Below are positions 1-27,100 of a stretch of 64,000 nt of DNA, in pieces. The position numbers were made by a program, and so were the translations under genes. Each line of letters begins with the position of its first letter. Position 1 is the stretch's first letter. The stretch is from Bugula neritina (taxonomy: Eukaryota; Animalia; Bryozoa): NCBI GenBank assembly GCA_964035545.1, contig OZ037767.1, forward strand, positions 20,910,628 to 20,974,627, written 5' to 3'. Under the pieces are notes generated by a model, which worked only from the letters and a program-made list of their open reading frames with translations, was not told where the DNA came from and did not search any database.

Positions 1-829
1 TTGGTGTCATCACTGAGCAGCATCACTGAATATTTTATAGGTGGGAAGAAAAAGACAAAGGCATTTAGACTTTAGTATATCTTAGTCACAGAAAGAAGAA
101 AATGAGTCATTTTGATGAACTAACATACCATAACACAGTTTTTTGACAGAAATACCAAATTTTCATTTCAAACTACTGCACACAATTACTAATCGATTTT
201 GAAGCTATGGCTTTGCACCATACATTTGAATTTAGTGAATGGTGATGTTTCCTGTGAAACATGCAAGCAAAACATCAATGATGAAAGAGACATCAATTAT
301 ACACACTAGTTACTGATATTTTAATTATGAAAAAGGTTTTCGAGTAGCTGTATTTAGTATATTATGCACTGCTCATTGTAGCATTCCAGAATGCAATATG
401 GTATACACGTGTCCAACAGAAAGATAACGCATAATATTATGTGCCGTTGAGTGCAAAATAAGATTTCAATTTGACTAGCTGCAACCTCTCTGTTTGTAAT
501 ATACAGCTATTGTAAAGTCATACGATCCTCTCTCAACTTTTCACATCTAATTGTCACCTTTATGATTTAAATCAAACACATGAATATAATATGTAATAGA
601 TGTTTTTGGTTTTAATAACATTATTCACATTTTAAAGTATGAATAATATTTTAGAAATGTTTAATCAACTTCATGATGTGATGATTTGGTACATCTTCTA
701 TAGCATCAAAGGTCAAGACCTTCAGCTTGCGCCATAACAATTATACAGATGACCTATCAACAGTCATAGCCTTGTTTATCTCTATTTATGAAAACAATAA
801 CATTAAGCCTCAGTCTTGATTACCTGTTA

Positions 830-1173
830 GCCTAGGGCCACACTGTGCGTATTTTCGCATTCGAAAATTGAAATCACAAGTAGCAAAGATGTCCACTGTA
901 GCGTCAGTGATGCGTGATAAATAAAGCTTTCATTTTTAAATCCCACTCGCTTTCAATAAAACGCAATTTACTGGAATGTAGCCCTAAAATAAAGAAATTG
1001 GGCTCGCTGAATAACTACCAGCCAATTAGGTGACGACGACAGAGACGATTCGCACTTGCGTTGAAAATGCTGAGCGACAAGTGCGAAGGTTTCCTCAACG
1101 CTCACAGTGGACACCTTTGCTACTTGTGATTTCAATTTTCGCATGCGAAAATACGCACCGTGTGGCCCTAGGC
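830..1173. mobile_element. Non-autonomous DNA transposon (MITE), PIF/Harbinger-like
   Basis: ~70-bp terminal inverted repeats (GCCTAGGGCCACAC...TGTCCACTGT, 830-899, versus its reverse complement ending at 1173; 3 mismatches). TTA on both flanks (827-829, 1174-1176) is the TSD typical of PIF/Harbinger. No ORF. Confidence 0.85.
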
Positions 1174-2370
1174 TTAAAGGAGAACTGATAATTTCAACAC
1201 TGCACTTGTCAATTTAAATTAGTCAAAGGAGACTGCTTTCTAGAAAGTTTCAATTCACATGAGTGACAAGGCTGTGATGAGACTAGTGCTGTGCTCTGAA
1301 CATGCTCCGAATATTTAGTTATACAGGTGGCATGTCTCTGGCAAGTTTACGAAACCAAAGCAGCTACAACTTGTAGGCTACGCCTACCTACTTAGTGCCA
1401 CCATGTTTACCATCCTTCATTTTACAAATGCATTTACTGACTAAAAAAAGAAGTGAAAAGCAAGATTTACTTGAAGCTTATGTGTTCCAACATTCAATAT
1501 TTAACGATTTTGCAAGGTTAGACCCCAGATGACCTCGGGTTAAGGGCAGAAACCAGCTGTATAGTACATGCATTGTAATCATGGCAATCATTAAGTAATG
1601 ATACTAAGAATTTCACACAAGCTTAGTGAAAAGATTAACTATCTATAAAATCATCAGATGCCAAAACAAGTATCCAGTTACTCCGAGATGCAGGCTACCA
1701 AATAAAAGACACAAGATAAAATCACGCTTAACTAGAAGCACCCTGAGTTTGTGTAACTTGATTTTAGGCAGTCAGTAAACAGTGCTGGGTGATTCATTTT
1801 GCAAAAAACATCTTTCAGCATATAATAAAAATTGGCAAAGGAGAATTGTAGATTTTTCAAATAGCCTAGTTCTAGCGAAACTTTGTAGCACGGAATGCTT
1901 TCTAAACATAAAATAAAGCAATCACACTTCAAACTAAAATGCTAAACCAAGAACCATAAACCTAAGCTAGATATTGTACAGCTGCATATGCACTTATACA
2001 CTTGACAAGTGGAAGGGCAAGTGCTCAAATACAGAACTCTTTGGTATAATTCCCTTGAAAATATCTTGGTTTAGTGAACACTGATTGTGATGCCAAATAC
2101 ACCAGCTGTTTACCACAGTCTTGGCTAGGTTTCCATGGCAACTCGTGCTTATGATTATCCAACATTCACTGGATGCTCATATGTTTGAATGATCATACAA
2201 GTAGATTCTCATACCTACAGATGAATTTGTGGTTGCAGCATAAACATATGGTGGTGGTTTCAATCTATACAACTCTTCCCTAACATCGAATGAAAGATCC
2301 ATTCACAAAACCCAAAACTTGAAAACCAGTGACTGAGTAATAGGTTTGTAGAAAGTAAAGTGTATCATAC

Positions 2371-5137
2371 CAACTAGACTGAGCATGGAGATAGCCAAGG
2401 CTCCTTGAGGCACTGCGTAGATCATTTTACATCCTATCTCCCCAAACGGCCATCTTTTGTCCAACACGTAAGACGTGGCTATCATGGGTGGACAAATCAA
2501 AAGCATAAGCAGGTTCGCTATGGCTATATTCAGCAGAAAACTGTTGGGGACATTTCGAAACTTCTTAGCCTTGCAGATTGTGTAAAACAATGCCCCATTG
2601 GTTGTGATACCTAAAAAGTAGCTAATCAGATTAAAATGACAGTCATTTTAGTAACATTGAGAAAAGTATTAGGTGTGAACCTTATCTAGTAGAAGCGGGA
2701 ACTTGTTTTGGCTGCTAGATGTCAGACAGCAAATTTTTTATTGCTATTTATAGCATTCGAAGTGTCAACTTGATATTTTATATGTCTTTTAGCAAACTTC
2801 AACTGATCATCAAAAAAGTACAATGAAAATTTGAAACCAGGATAATTCACAGCAAGTGTTCATCATTTACAACATATACAAATGTTTCAAGTTCAGCAAA
2901 AGTCGGCTGAGCCTATTACAAAATACAAATTATAAACAATATGTTGAAAATAGGCACAAAGCTTAGCCAAAGCTTCTTTTTGCAAAGAAAATAATAAATT
3001 TATTTAACATTACATCATGATTTGCATAACCTGCTGATTTGTAATGGTAGGCTGTTTCACCAGTATATTATTATAATGAAAAATGAATTCAAGCTTTCTA
3101 TTGGTTGAATTATCTTCCTAAACATGATCACAGTAACAGACAGTGTATCATTGTTTTACCTGATGAGAGGCATGAAAATAAGCAGGATTATATGTAACAA
3201 TACAGCTACAAGTAACAATGCACTACCAACATTAATTAAATTAGTGCTGCAGTGGATTAGATAGAGCTCACAAGTTCTAGTTTTTGGATAATCAAATACA
3301 TGCTCTTGCCCTGAATAGTAGAGAGTGAATCAGGTAACTAACAGTACTAGTAGAACAGCAACGCCACGCAACACATTATGGCATTGAACAAAGCTTTCAC
3401 CGTCTTCCACTCCCCATAGTGATATTTATATTTGAGTTTTACTTTTTTAAGACTATTTTGAAACTAAATAAGAAATAGTAAACTTGCTTAAAATGTAGAA
3501 TAACTCAAAGATTATAACACTCAGTTACCCACAGTGATTGTATCTTACTAGGTCACCCACAGCCAATGTATGCGGTAAGAAAGTAATTCGTGATAAAGAT
3601 GTTTTAAAAAAATCTAATCTAATCAGGTTGTGTATATTTTCTAGTTCCTACAAAGAACAGTTCCCGCATATAATTTACTGAAAGCTACAGTTTTAAAAAA
3701 GAACAAGCAAGTATAAATTAAGTTGAGTAAAAAGCTCTTGGCGCAATCTACATTTGAAGAAACCAGTTGCTTAAAATTTATTAAGTAACAAGTTACGCTT
3801 GAATGAGCAGAGGTGAACTTTGGTAGAAGAGTGCTGTTATCATAAGCTTAAGAATGTTACAAACCAAAGTAAACTAATTAAAAGACCATTACATTTCACA
3901 ACTGGCTGTTACATAACCAAAGTCTGGCTAGGAATGTGCTTGATGCTGACTTTTTTTAATATCAAAATAATGAAGTCCACCAAATCATCAGGAGTTTGAC
4001 CTAACAACTTGGAATTCAACAGTTGCTCAATTTGCATTCCAGCAGCAGTTCCTGGGAGAGAGGGGGATGGACTATTATATTTTGATTAATGTGGTGGCAC
4101 TGTTTTGAGAACTGAATATGAACAGTAAAACAAGAATTCTCAGCAATTGATTGCTTTAATGCACTCATAAATTTATTTATTTTTTGCTTGAGTCACCATA
4201 AGTAGGCCAAAGGAATTCTCACAGGAAACTTTTAGAAGGCTAAGAGTTGTTTTAGTTGCACTTTCAGCTGCAGAAGGCAGCCGAGTACGGCTCCAATTAC
4301 TTCTTACTCAGACTATGTTAGTTTAACAGGGAGCCATGAGGTCACTGTTGACATGACGCAACTCCAAGCATGTTTAAACTTTAAAAGTAGATGGCCTGAG
4401 GCTAATTTACAAAAGAGCTGAGCCTTATCAACCAGCACCTTATTAACCTGAATACAGGGTTAAAGAGGCGTAATTTTATCAGCTAACTCATAGACGTGTT
4501 TATTTTATAAATAAGCAATATTTAATGACACATGTAGCAGCCAGCTAAGGAAGGAAGCAGAGTTGGTGTTGGGTAAAGAGAATTTGCATATGTTACGCTT
4601 TAGTGTTGAAAATTATTATAACCAGAAAATAAAGTGGATCTATTTTATAAATTCTGACAAAACAAAAATGTTATAAACAATAAACTGACTGAACTGCATT
4701 GGTTTAAAAATTAGCTTTGTTACTGATATTTGTATATTATACATGCTTAATTATGTTTTATTCTTAATTAAAAGTACACAAAATATTATAACAGACGAAT
4801 AAGTTCAGCGAATTTGCTCCTTTACAGCAAACTTTACAAATGAAACTCAAACTAGGGCGTGGTTTAGACATTTAGCTGCTTTGAGTGAACTTTCAAGATT
4901 CAGAAAATTATACAGCTACTTCAAACGCTGACTTGAGAAATGCTGCCTCTACACAAACAGTAAAGTATAAACTAGATACGTACCAACCAGAAAGCATATC
5001 CCAAGCAAAACCGGTACAGCCGTCATCTCCAAGTCGATTCTAATGGATTGTTTTGTGGAGTTATCGAAGGAGTCAAGATATTTATCTCGTGCAAGAGACG
5101 CATCATTATGACCGGTTAGATCAACGTTTACAGCCAT
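2371..5137 (-). CDS. Rhodopsin-class peptide GPCR, bombesin/CCHamide/EP-receptor-like; first two coding exons only (5137-4984, 2610-2371)
   Basis: Phase-1 GT-AG join gives FLVGITTNGALFYTICKAKKFRNVPNSFLLNIAIANLL...RWPFGEIGCK...SMLSLV, i.e. TM1, TM2, ECL1 and TM3. RNVPN and W.FG.IGCK match GRPR/CCHamide receptors. The remaining exons were not found and presumably lie left of the window. Confidence 0.8.
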
Positions 5138-5784
5138 GACTGTTACCTATACACTGGGAAGGTGTGTGGCAGCAAGGAGGGGTACGACTATGTTATAAAC
5201 ACAAGCTGCTCCTTCAGCTATACTGCTGCTAGAGTTCGGAAGTCAGCTTTTGATGTCAGACGCCCAGTCAACAGTTTATCATAATAAAATGGAAGGCAGG
5301 TGATAATCTGGTTTTATTAGCTATAATGAGAAAACCTGCGACCTTTGACCCAAGCTTACTGCCTGTCTGTGTTTATTTCAAGGCACCAAGTTACAAGGAA
5401 GGATAACTCTAAGAAGCAGTATTTATTTGGGAGAATATTATTATGAAAAAATATTATATAACAGAATACCAAGCATGTTGAGCGATATATGCATGCCGAG
5501 TGAAAGCAAAACTAATATAACATTAGTAAAATAGTATGATTGTCAAAGAGAGTTAAAGTGAATGTAATATACAAAATATTACAAAAATATAAAACATATC
5601 AACTATGTGTATGACTAGAAATTAAAAGACATACAAATCATGCTAATAGCAAGTTCTTCGTAGGTGTATAGCATCACATAGTAGATGGCACAAGAGTAAG
5701 TAAAAGGGCTACAAAATGAATTAGTTTATTACCTAACTTTTAGTAATTGTTTTCACATGAATAAACGCACACCACTGTGATTGG

Positions 5785-19916
<14,132 letters not shown>

Positions 19917-20936
19917 GATTTTGGGTATTATTCTGAGTTTGTTATCTTTAGCCTGAACATAATTGTATTTACTTGTAGATGAGTTGGTATTCACAAAACA
20001 CATCAAAGGTTGTTACAAAAAACAATGGCAAAACTCATTGATGTCAAATTATATTAAATTATAGTACAGTTAAAGAACCATTGAATGACATATGAGCTAG
20101 AACTCGCTAGCTAAAGCACAAAAAATTGCAAACTGTTGTGATTATTTCAATATCTGATAAGCTGAACTACTAGCCTACTACTACTACTACTACTACTACT
20201 ACTAGTACTGCTGCTGCTGCTGCTACTACTACTACTACTACTACTACTACAGCTACTAGTACTACTAATAGTAATAAGCAATAAATATAAGTATACTAAT
20301 AGTAACACAACTAGTACTAGTACTACTATTAGTGTAAGAGTTACTTCAAAGTAAATTACTATTACTTATTACTATTAGTATTACTATTACTTTAGTTTTA
20401 CTAATTAGTAAATAGTATTACTATTAGTATTACGGTATTACTCATACTCATAGTATTAGTATTAGTATTACTAGTATTAGTATTAGTATTACTATTAGTA
20501 TTAGTAATACTCATAGACATACTGATTATAACTATAATTATAAGTATTACTATTAGTATTAGTATTAGTATTACTATTACTATTAGTATTACTATTAGTA
20601 TTACTATTAGTAATACTTATACTAATACTCATAGTCATACTGAGTATAAGTATTACTATTAGTATTACTATTACAGTATTAGCATTAGTTAGTATTAGAT
20701 TTAGCTACAGTTAGGTTTATATACAACTTACAGTTACTCATACTGGTGCAGTTTAGTGTGCAACTTGAAATCAGAAATTTATGTAACTTAGAAAAGAAAC
20801 AGTATCATACTGAAGAATTGTTCTATGAGCAGCTCACAGTTGAGGGTTACTGAGTGCAGTAGTTTGCCGTTCTCGCCTAAAATCGAGGATTTCAATAAAC
20901 CCCAACTTCAAACCTTAATCATTTGCACTTAATCAC

Positions 20937-21151
20937 CTCAGCTCGAAGCTGCTTATAGATTTCAACAAAACTAAAACAAAATCGTGTTTGAGTTTAGCCT
21001 ACGCGCAAATAAAAATAAGACTTTCAAAGACGGTCACCCGTCCTAGTTATAAGAAACCGTGATTGGCGGGAGATTGAAAGCGACGACCACTGAGCTAGAA
21101 ATATTTCAGTTCATTTCCAGTTTATTGAAGACGACAGCCCCAAAAGCAATG
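20937..21151. promoter_or_regulatory. Putative bidirectional promoter / first exons of SHPRH (-) and DONSON (+)
   Basis: Candidate SHPRH 5'UTR donor GAG|GTGATT at 20937/20936 and DONSON ATG|GTAAGG at 21149-21157 are ~210 bp apart. The interval is locally CpG-richer and contains GATTGGCGGGAGATTGAAAG (21061-21080). Confidence 0.6.
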
Positions 21152-24100
21152 GTAAGGAAATAAATGGTTAATTGAACTCTTTAGTTCGCTTGTGATTTTT
21201 TACATAATAATATTTTATATTAGAACTCGGTAGCTAATTCTAGTTTAAAGGTTCTTTGGTAGTAATAGTTTCAATCAAATTCAATAAATATTATTTTATT
21301 TTATCAATATCATAAAATTAAATTTAAATGACAAAATTAACTGGTTTAACTTTAACAATAACTTTTACTTCAAGTTTTGTAATTGTTTTCTTAATGATTA
21401 AATATAAATGAAAATTTGATATTTGATTTTTTATTTTATATTTATTTGAAATTGTTTAATTATTTTAAGTTGAAATTTAATAATAAAATCAATACGAATT
21501 TCATCATATCATTATCATTTTGATTATGATTGTGATGGTCATGATAATCATAATAATAATAATGAATATAATCCAGACCTGTATCTAATCATCATTATAA
21601 TTGTGGTTATCTATATGATAAACTTTAAATGATTATTTTTATGAAGTGGTTATGATGACCATAATTATAATGATGATCTTGATTCATGATCATCTTTATC
21701 AATATGATTTCAATATCATGGTTGTTATGGTCGTATTCGTATTGCTATTCTTTATTATTAGTATAATTATAATATTAATTATTATTATGTTCTTATTTCT
21801 TACTGCTAGTAGTAACACTAGTAGTAGTAGCAGTAGGTACTAGTACTAGTACTAGTAGTAGCAACAGAAGCAGTGGCAACAGTAGTAGAAACAGTAGTAG
21901 TAATAGTAGGTGCAGTAGTACTCATCATGAATCACGACTATTACTATTAGGCTCACTTTCTGTATCAGTAAATAGGAATAACTATATTTATAGTTATTGC
22001 TCCAAAAATAGTTTTTTTATGTTTGTCACTTCAACTCAGTTTAAGTTTATCTTTTATAATGAAAAATTAGGTAGATAATTAGTAATTACATCTGATCTAT
22101 TCTGATAACGTCTAATTGAATTTTAGTTTTAAAGTAATCAATGTAAAACCATCATAATGGTAATGAGAATAAAGCTTTATATATAGGTACTCTTCATTCC
22201 AAAATTATTTTCGAATATTTACTATATTTTCATAATCATAATGAGTCACATCTCCAATTTGATATAATGATACTGGTAGTGGTAATAATTATTCAGGAAG
22301 CTATATAAATTTATCAGCTGTTTGAAATATTACATTATATCTTATTGCAGATTACTCCAATACACCTTTTTAGCATTGTATGGACACACAATTTTGTTTT
22401 TGTGGAAGTAACAAATATAGTATGTACACCATAGTGATAGTAGCAGCTGTATCTCTGTCAATCAGTTTGCTACTATAGTGTATATCATCATGGCCACAAA
22501 AACAATTATTAAAATGACACTATTACTAGTTGGTGATAATCTGATTAAAAATTACTGTTGACAAAATAAACATTTATATCCTCAAAAATAGGCTAAAATT
22601 ACTTATCACATTCAGCCAGCTGAAGCTTCATGCTCAACTAATCTTATTTTCCCAAAGGTCCACATACTGGTCTTGTTTATCAAAATAATCATGAATACTT
22701 ATTTTCATTCTGGGGAGGCTGTTACATTTGTAAGTGCTTGGATAGTCATGCTTTTAAAGGAATTCGTTGTTTAAAACATTTGAGATGAAAGAAGCATTTA
22801 AATGTAGGAGCTGTTGATGTAAATATAGTATTTTTACTACACCTAGCATTTAAAAACCCCCAGATTATAGTGCTGTTGTATAACATAGGAAGGTGAAATA
22901 GAGTCAGGGAGCAGTTGTCTAACATCTCCTGATTTTAAACGTATAACTGGAAAGTTGAGATTAGTCAAGCGTAGAACGAGGTCGAAGTTGTCTCGTGAGA
23001 TCACCAAATCTCAAAAGAGCTCCCTGCAGACAAATGGCAGCTCTAGTTTAGGTTTGTATTTCATTATATGCTATCACCACACTTATTACCACTTGAAGAC
23101 TATTAAATCTATTATTTGTTTAGTGAATAAATGTCCGTCGGTGTGATTAACTGTAGAATAGTGTGTATCAAAAAAAGAACCAGTAATTAAAACTTATATA
23201 AATTATAGCAACTTTTATGAACTATTGCAGCTGTTCGAAGTGTAAACCCCTTTAAAAGCACATCAAATATTACTTCCTCACTGAATACACCACCTGATGG
23301 TCATACCTTGTGTAAAACACCTGAGCGAATTGAAAGACAAACATCCACAGAGTTGTGCTCTCCTGGTGACAATCAGTTTGTCATTCCCAGCACGCCTGAA
23401 TATGACACGTATGTTATGACTTGTTGCTATGGTAGCATATTTTAGCTCTACTGTGATGTAGAAACTAGCTTGTTGATAGACTAACAGGTTTGTTATGATG
23501 ACTAGTATAATAAGTGTAGCTGATTTTGAAAATATTGCTTGAGACAATATTACTAAACTCTGAAATCGTTGTAAAAAATATTGCATGCCTCATTTCACTT
23601 ACCTGGGTAACAGACTTAGTTGTTGCTTAAAATGATATTTTCAAAATTTGGCCTCTTTAAAATCAGTTTCTGACTGCTTAATATAATAACTATAATAGAA
23701 TAAATATTATAGTATACTGCATACGATAAATATAGTATAGTGAATATAATATATAAATACAACACAGTAATATAAGGTTGATTTTACTTTATTCAGTACA
23801 GAAAATATTTCTAAGACTTCATTTGCAGGTGCAAGAGAAGACGAGTCTCTTCCTGTGAATCTCGTGACGATGTATCGAGTAACAAGGTGAGAATCTATAG
23901 TTATATCTACCTTTCTATATTCTCTAACTTTCTATATTCTCTACCTTTCTATTCTCTCTACCTTTCTATATTCTCTACCTTTCTATATTCTCTAGCTTTC
24001 TATATTCTCTAGCTTTCTATATTCTCTAGCTTTCTATACTCTCTACCTTTCTATATTCTCTACCTTTCTATATTCTCTACCTTTCTATATTCTCTACCTT

Positions 24101-27100
24101 TCTATATTCTCTACCTTTCTATATTCTCTAGCTTTTTCTGGAAAGCCATTTAGATTTGATGCATTGAACCAGGTCAAAACTAAGCATTTCTTCATGCATT
24201 GGATCCACACACTACTGGGTTTAAATGAGTGGAGAGGAAATGCAATGCTGTGATTCTTTTAGTTATGGGAGAAAACCAATTGGTTTTCTCCCATAACTAA
24301 AAAACTCCCTCAGTCATACTAATGATAAGCTTATTATAGTTTAAATTGGTGACTAGGGACTCCTAAACTTCAAGCAACTCCAATAGTTACCAACTCAACA
24401 ACTACTTCTGTGCCTCTTCTCATTGACAGACAACATGATTGGTTTCGCAGCCATGACTTTGCTGTGAATACAATGAACGGGTGGATGTCTATATAACCAC
24501 CCAGAAAGTTTGACTTTCCTTGCCTCAGTCTACGTTTTCTCTTCTCATTATTTGAAACCCTTAACACTTGGCTAAGTAGCTAAGTGTTGATTGATATGTA
24601 ATCACGTTTGCTTTAGTCTGACGTCACGAAAGTACTTCCTGTTGACTATTCGCTGTGCACTAAACTCCGGCTCACCTCTGAGTACGACCTTACCACTCTG
24701 ACTGAAGCATCTCTCGGAGATGAGAGTCAAGCTTTGGCAGACTTTATAATGGGTCAGGTCTGTACCAATTTCCTCTACAATTATATGATACACCAAAATA
24801 TATGATATGATAATATGCGATATGATATGCCGATATGATGATAAAATCTAAGCTGATATGGTAAGAAGTGGTATAACATGATATAATGAGATATCATAAC
24901 ATAAAATACCATGTGATCAGACATGATATAATAATCACATTCCATTTCCTACTAAGATCAGCAAGTATGTAAGACAAACCAATCCATTGCAGAAAGAATC
25001 ATCTTTGGCGAATGGATTTATTAAACACCTTCACTATTACACATTTCCCGACTTGCCATGGATTAATCTGTTTCCTCGTACCACTTCAGACAAGACAAAG
25101 AGCAGGTTGGTTTCTCCCAGTCTTGTATAATGATTCTCTCTTTTCTAGAGATGTATCCGGTTTAAACTGTTATATATGGTACATTGGTGGTGTTATATAT
25201 ATATGGTACATTGGTGGTGTTATATATATATATGGTACATTGGTGGTGTTATATATATATGGTACATTGGTGGTGTTATATATGGTACACTGGTGGTGTC
25301 ATGGTGGCTAAATACCAAGCTTTAGTTTTCTCTCAACTTTTTTCTCATAATTTCTTTTAAAATTTTAAAATGTTTTAAATTTTTCTGGTAAATGCTTTAA
25401 TTGCAGATTAGTTTTTAATAGCTTCAACAAATACTGAATCTTCAACATTTTGTTTGTTTTTAAATAACTAATCTCTTTGTCGATAAATAAACATATTGTC
25501 TATACATAAGCATACTGTCTATAAATAACATGCCTGCCTATTTTAAGCTCGTTGCCAGCCGAGGCACATTCTACACTGAAGATGCAATGGAAGTCAGCGT
25601 TTCAATCAGCCTATAATGGTCTGGTAACGAATTCCTCCAATCAGAGTTACTTTTACATGCTGTGTGACAGCTTCACTGTATTGTTTACTAGGTGAGAGTA
25701 TTCAGTTATTCTCGAATGGCTGATTTTTTGTTGACCTATTTGTGAACTTTGACATATAAATCAGTATATTACTTTGCATAACAGTTGGAAAAGTAGTGAT
25801 AACTAATTGATTTAATTTAGACACTTGTTTCTTTAAAAATATTTACATCTGCTTAGCTAAACATTTAAAGCTATGGAAAAAGTGAATTGTTGAAGCTGAG
25901 ACAGTGTACTATTGGAATAGCTAAACATTGAAATAAGCTTCCTCTTTTCTCAATTTTACTTAAGCTGAAGGTTAAAGTTCATTGTTTCAAAAATGTTTGA
26001 TTTTTTGGTATACCAGTAACTTTTCTACTGTATGCTGTCTTAACTTGTTTATTTAATGCTGCCGTTACCTGTTAAAGGTGTCAGAAGTGTGAGGTGCTGT
26101 CAGCTGTCATGTCACCCACAACAAGAGGTTTCAGGCAGCATCTTCAAAATAAGGGTTTGTGGATTTTAAACTTATCTTGATAGAATATTACGGTTTGACT
26201 TAACACATGTGACTGAGAAAATTAGTAATACACGATAAAACATAGAGCATTGCAACTGGTGGATGAAACCATTCTAATGGGTAAGTTAGTACAGTATTAT
26301 ATGTAAGTACACTATTGTCTGTAAGTTAGTACACTGCTGTCTGTAAGTATGTACACTATTGTCTGTAAGTACACCACTGTCTGCAAGTACATTATTGTCT
26401 GTAAGTACACTATTGTCTGTAAGTAAGTACACTGCTGTCTGTAAGTACACTGTTGTGTGTAAGTATGAACACTGCTGTCTGTAAGTACAGTACTGTCTGT
26501 AAATACACTGTAAGTATGTACACTGCTGTTCACAGGTGAGAGTTCCTTAGTAGGTAACATTCCACTTGAATGTTGATTGCAATTTTAATCAAAGTTTATT
26601 TTGTTGAGTGAGTTGAGGCAGTTCCTTTGATGACCTACCTGGTAGTCAATCAAATGAACGTGTTTCGAATGATGCCTCTGATACTCAACTTTGTGGGACT
26701 TGTATGTTCAGCAACTAAAGTAGTCCTGTAGCCCAGGCTAAATGTAACTCAGACTACTCATAACTCAGACTACACATAACTCAGACTACACATCTAATCT
26801 GGATAAAATTCTCTCCCGGGAAGGCTCTAGACAATCAAATAGAGCATCTCTGTGCTGTTTTATGTAATGTTCTCTTCAGGTTTTAATCCATACGTTGGCA
26901 AGTAATTTTAGAATGTAAAGTTGTTGATTTTGTTTTGGTGATTTTGTGAAATATCAGATTTCACTAGCTTGTAAAACTTTAATTAAAGCTGTCAGTACCT
27001 ATCAAAAGTCTAGCATAACAAAATAATAGTTTTAGACTAAATATTATTTTTCATGTTAAAATCATACATATTGAAATGTAATTATATTATTATCCTATTA

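Noticed and set aside
753-770. Minus-strand AMTVDR resembling the missing GPCR DRY segment
   Set aside because: Phase is incompatible with the best donor, the acceptor is poor, and a stop follows within 4 codons; probably chance.
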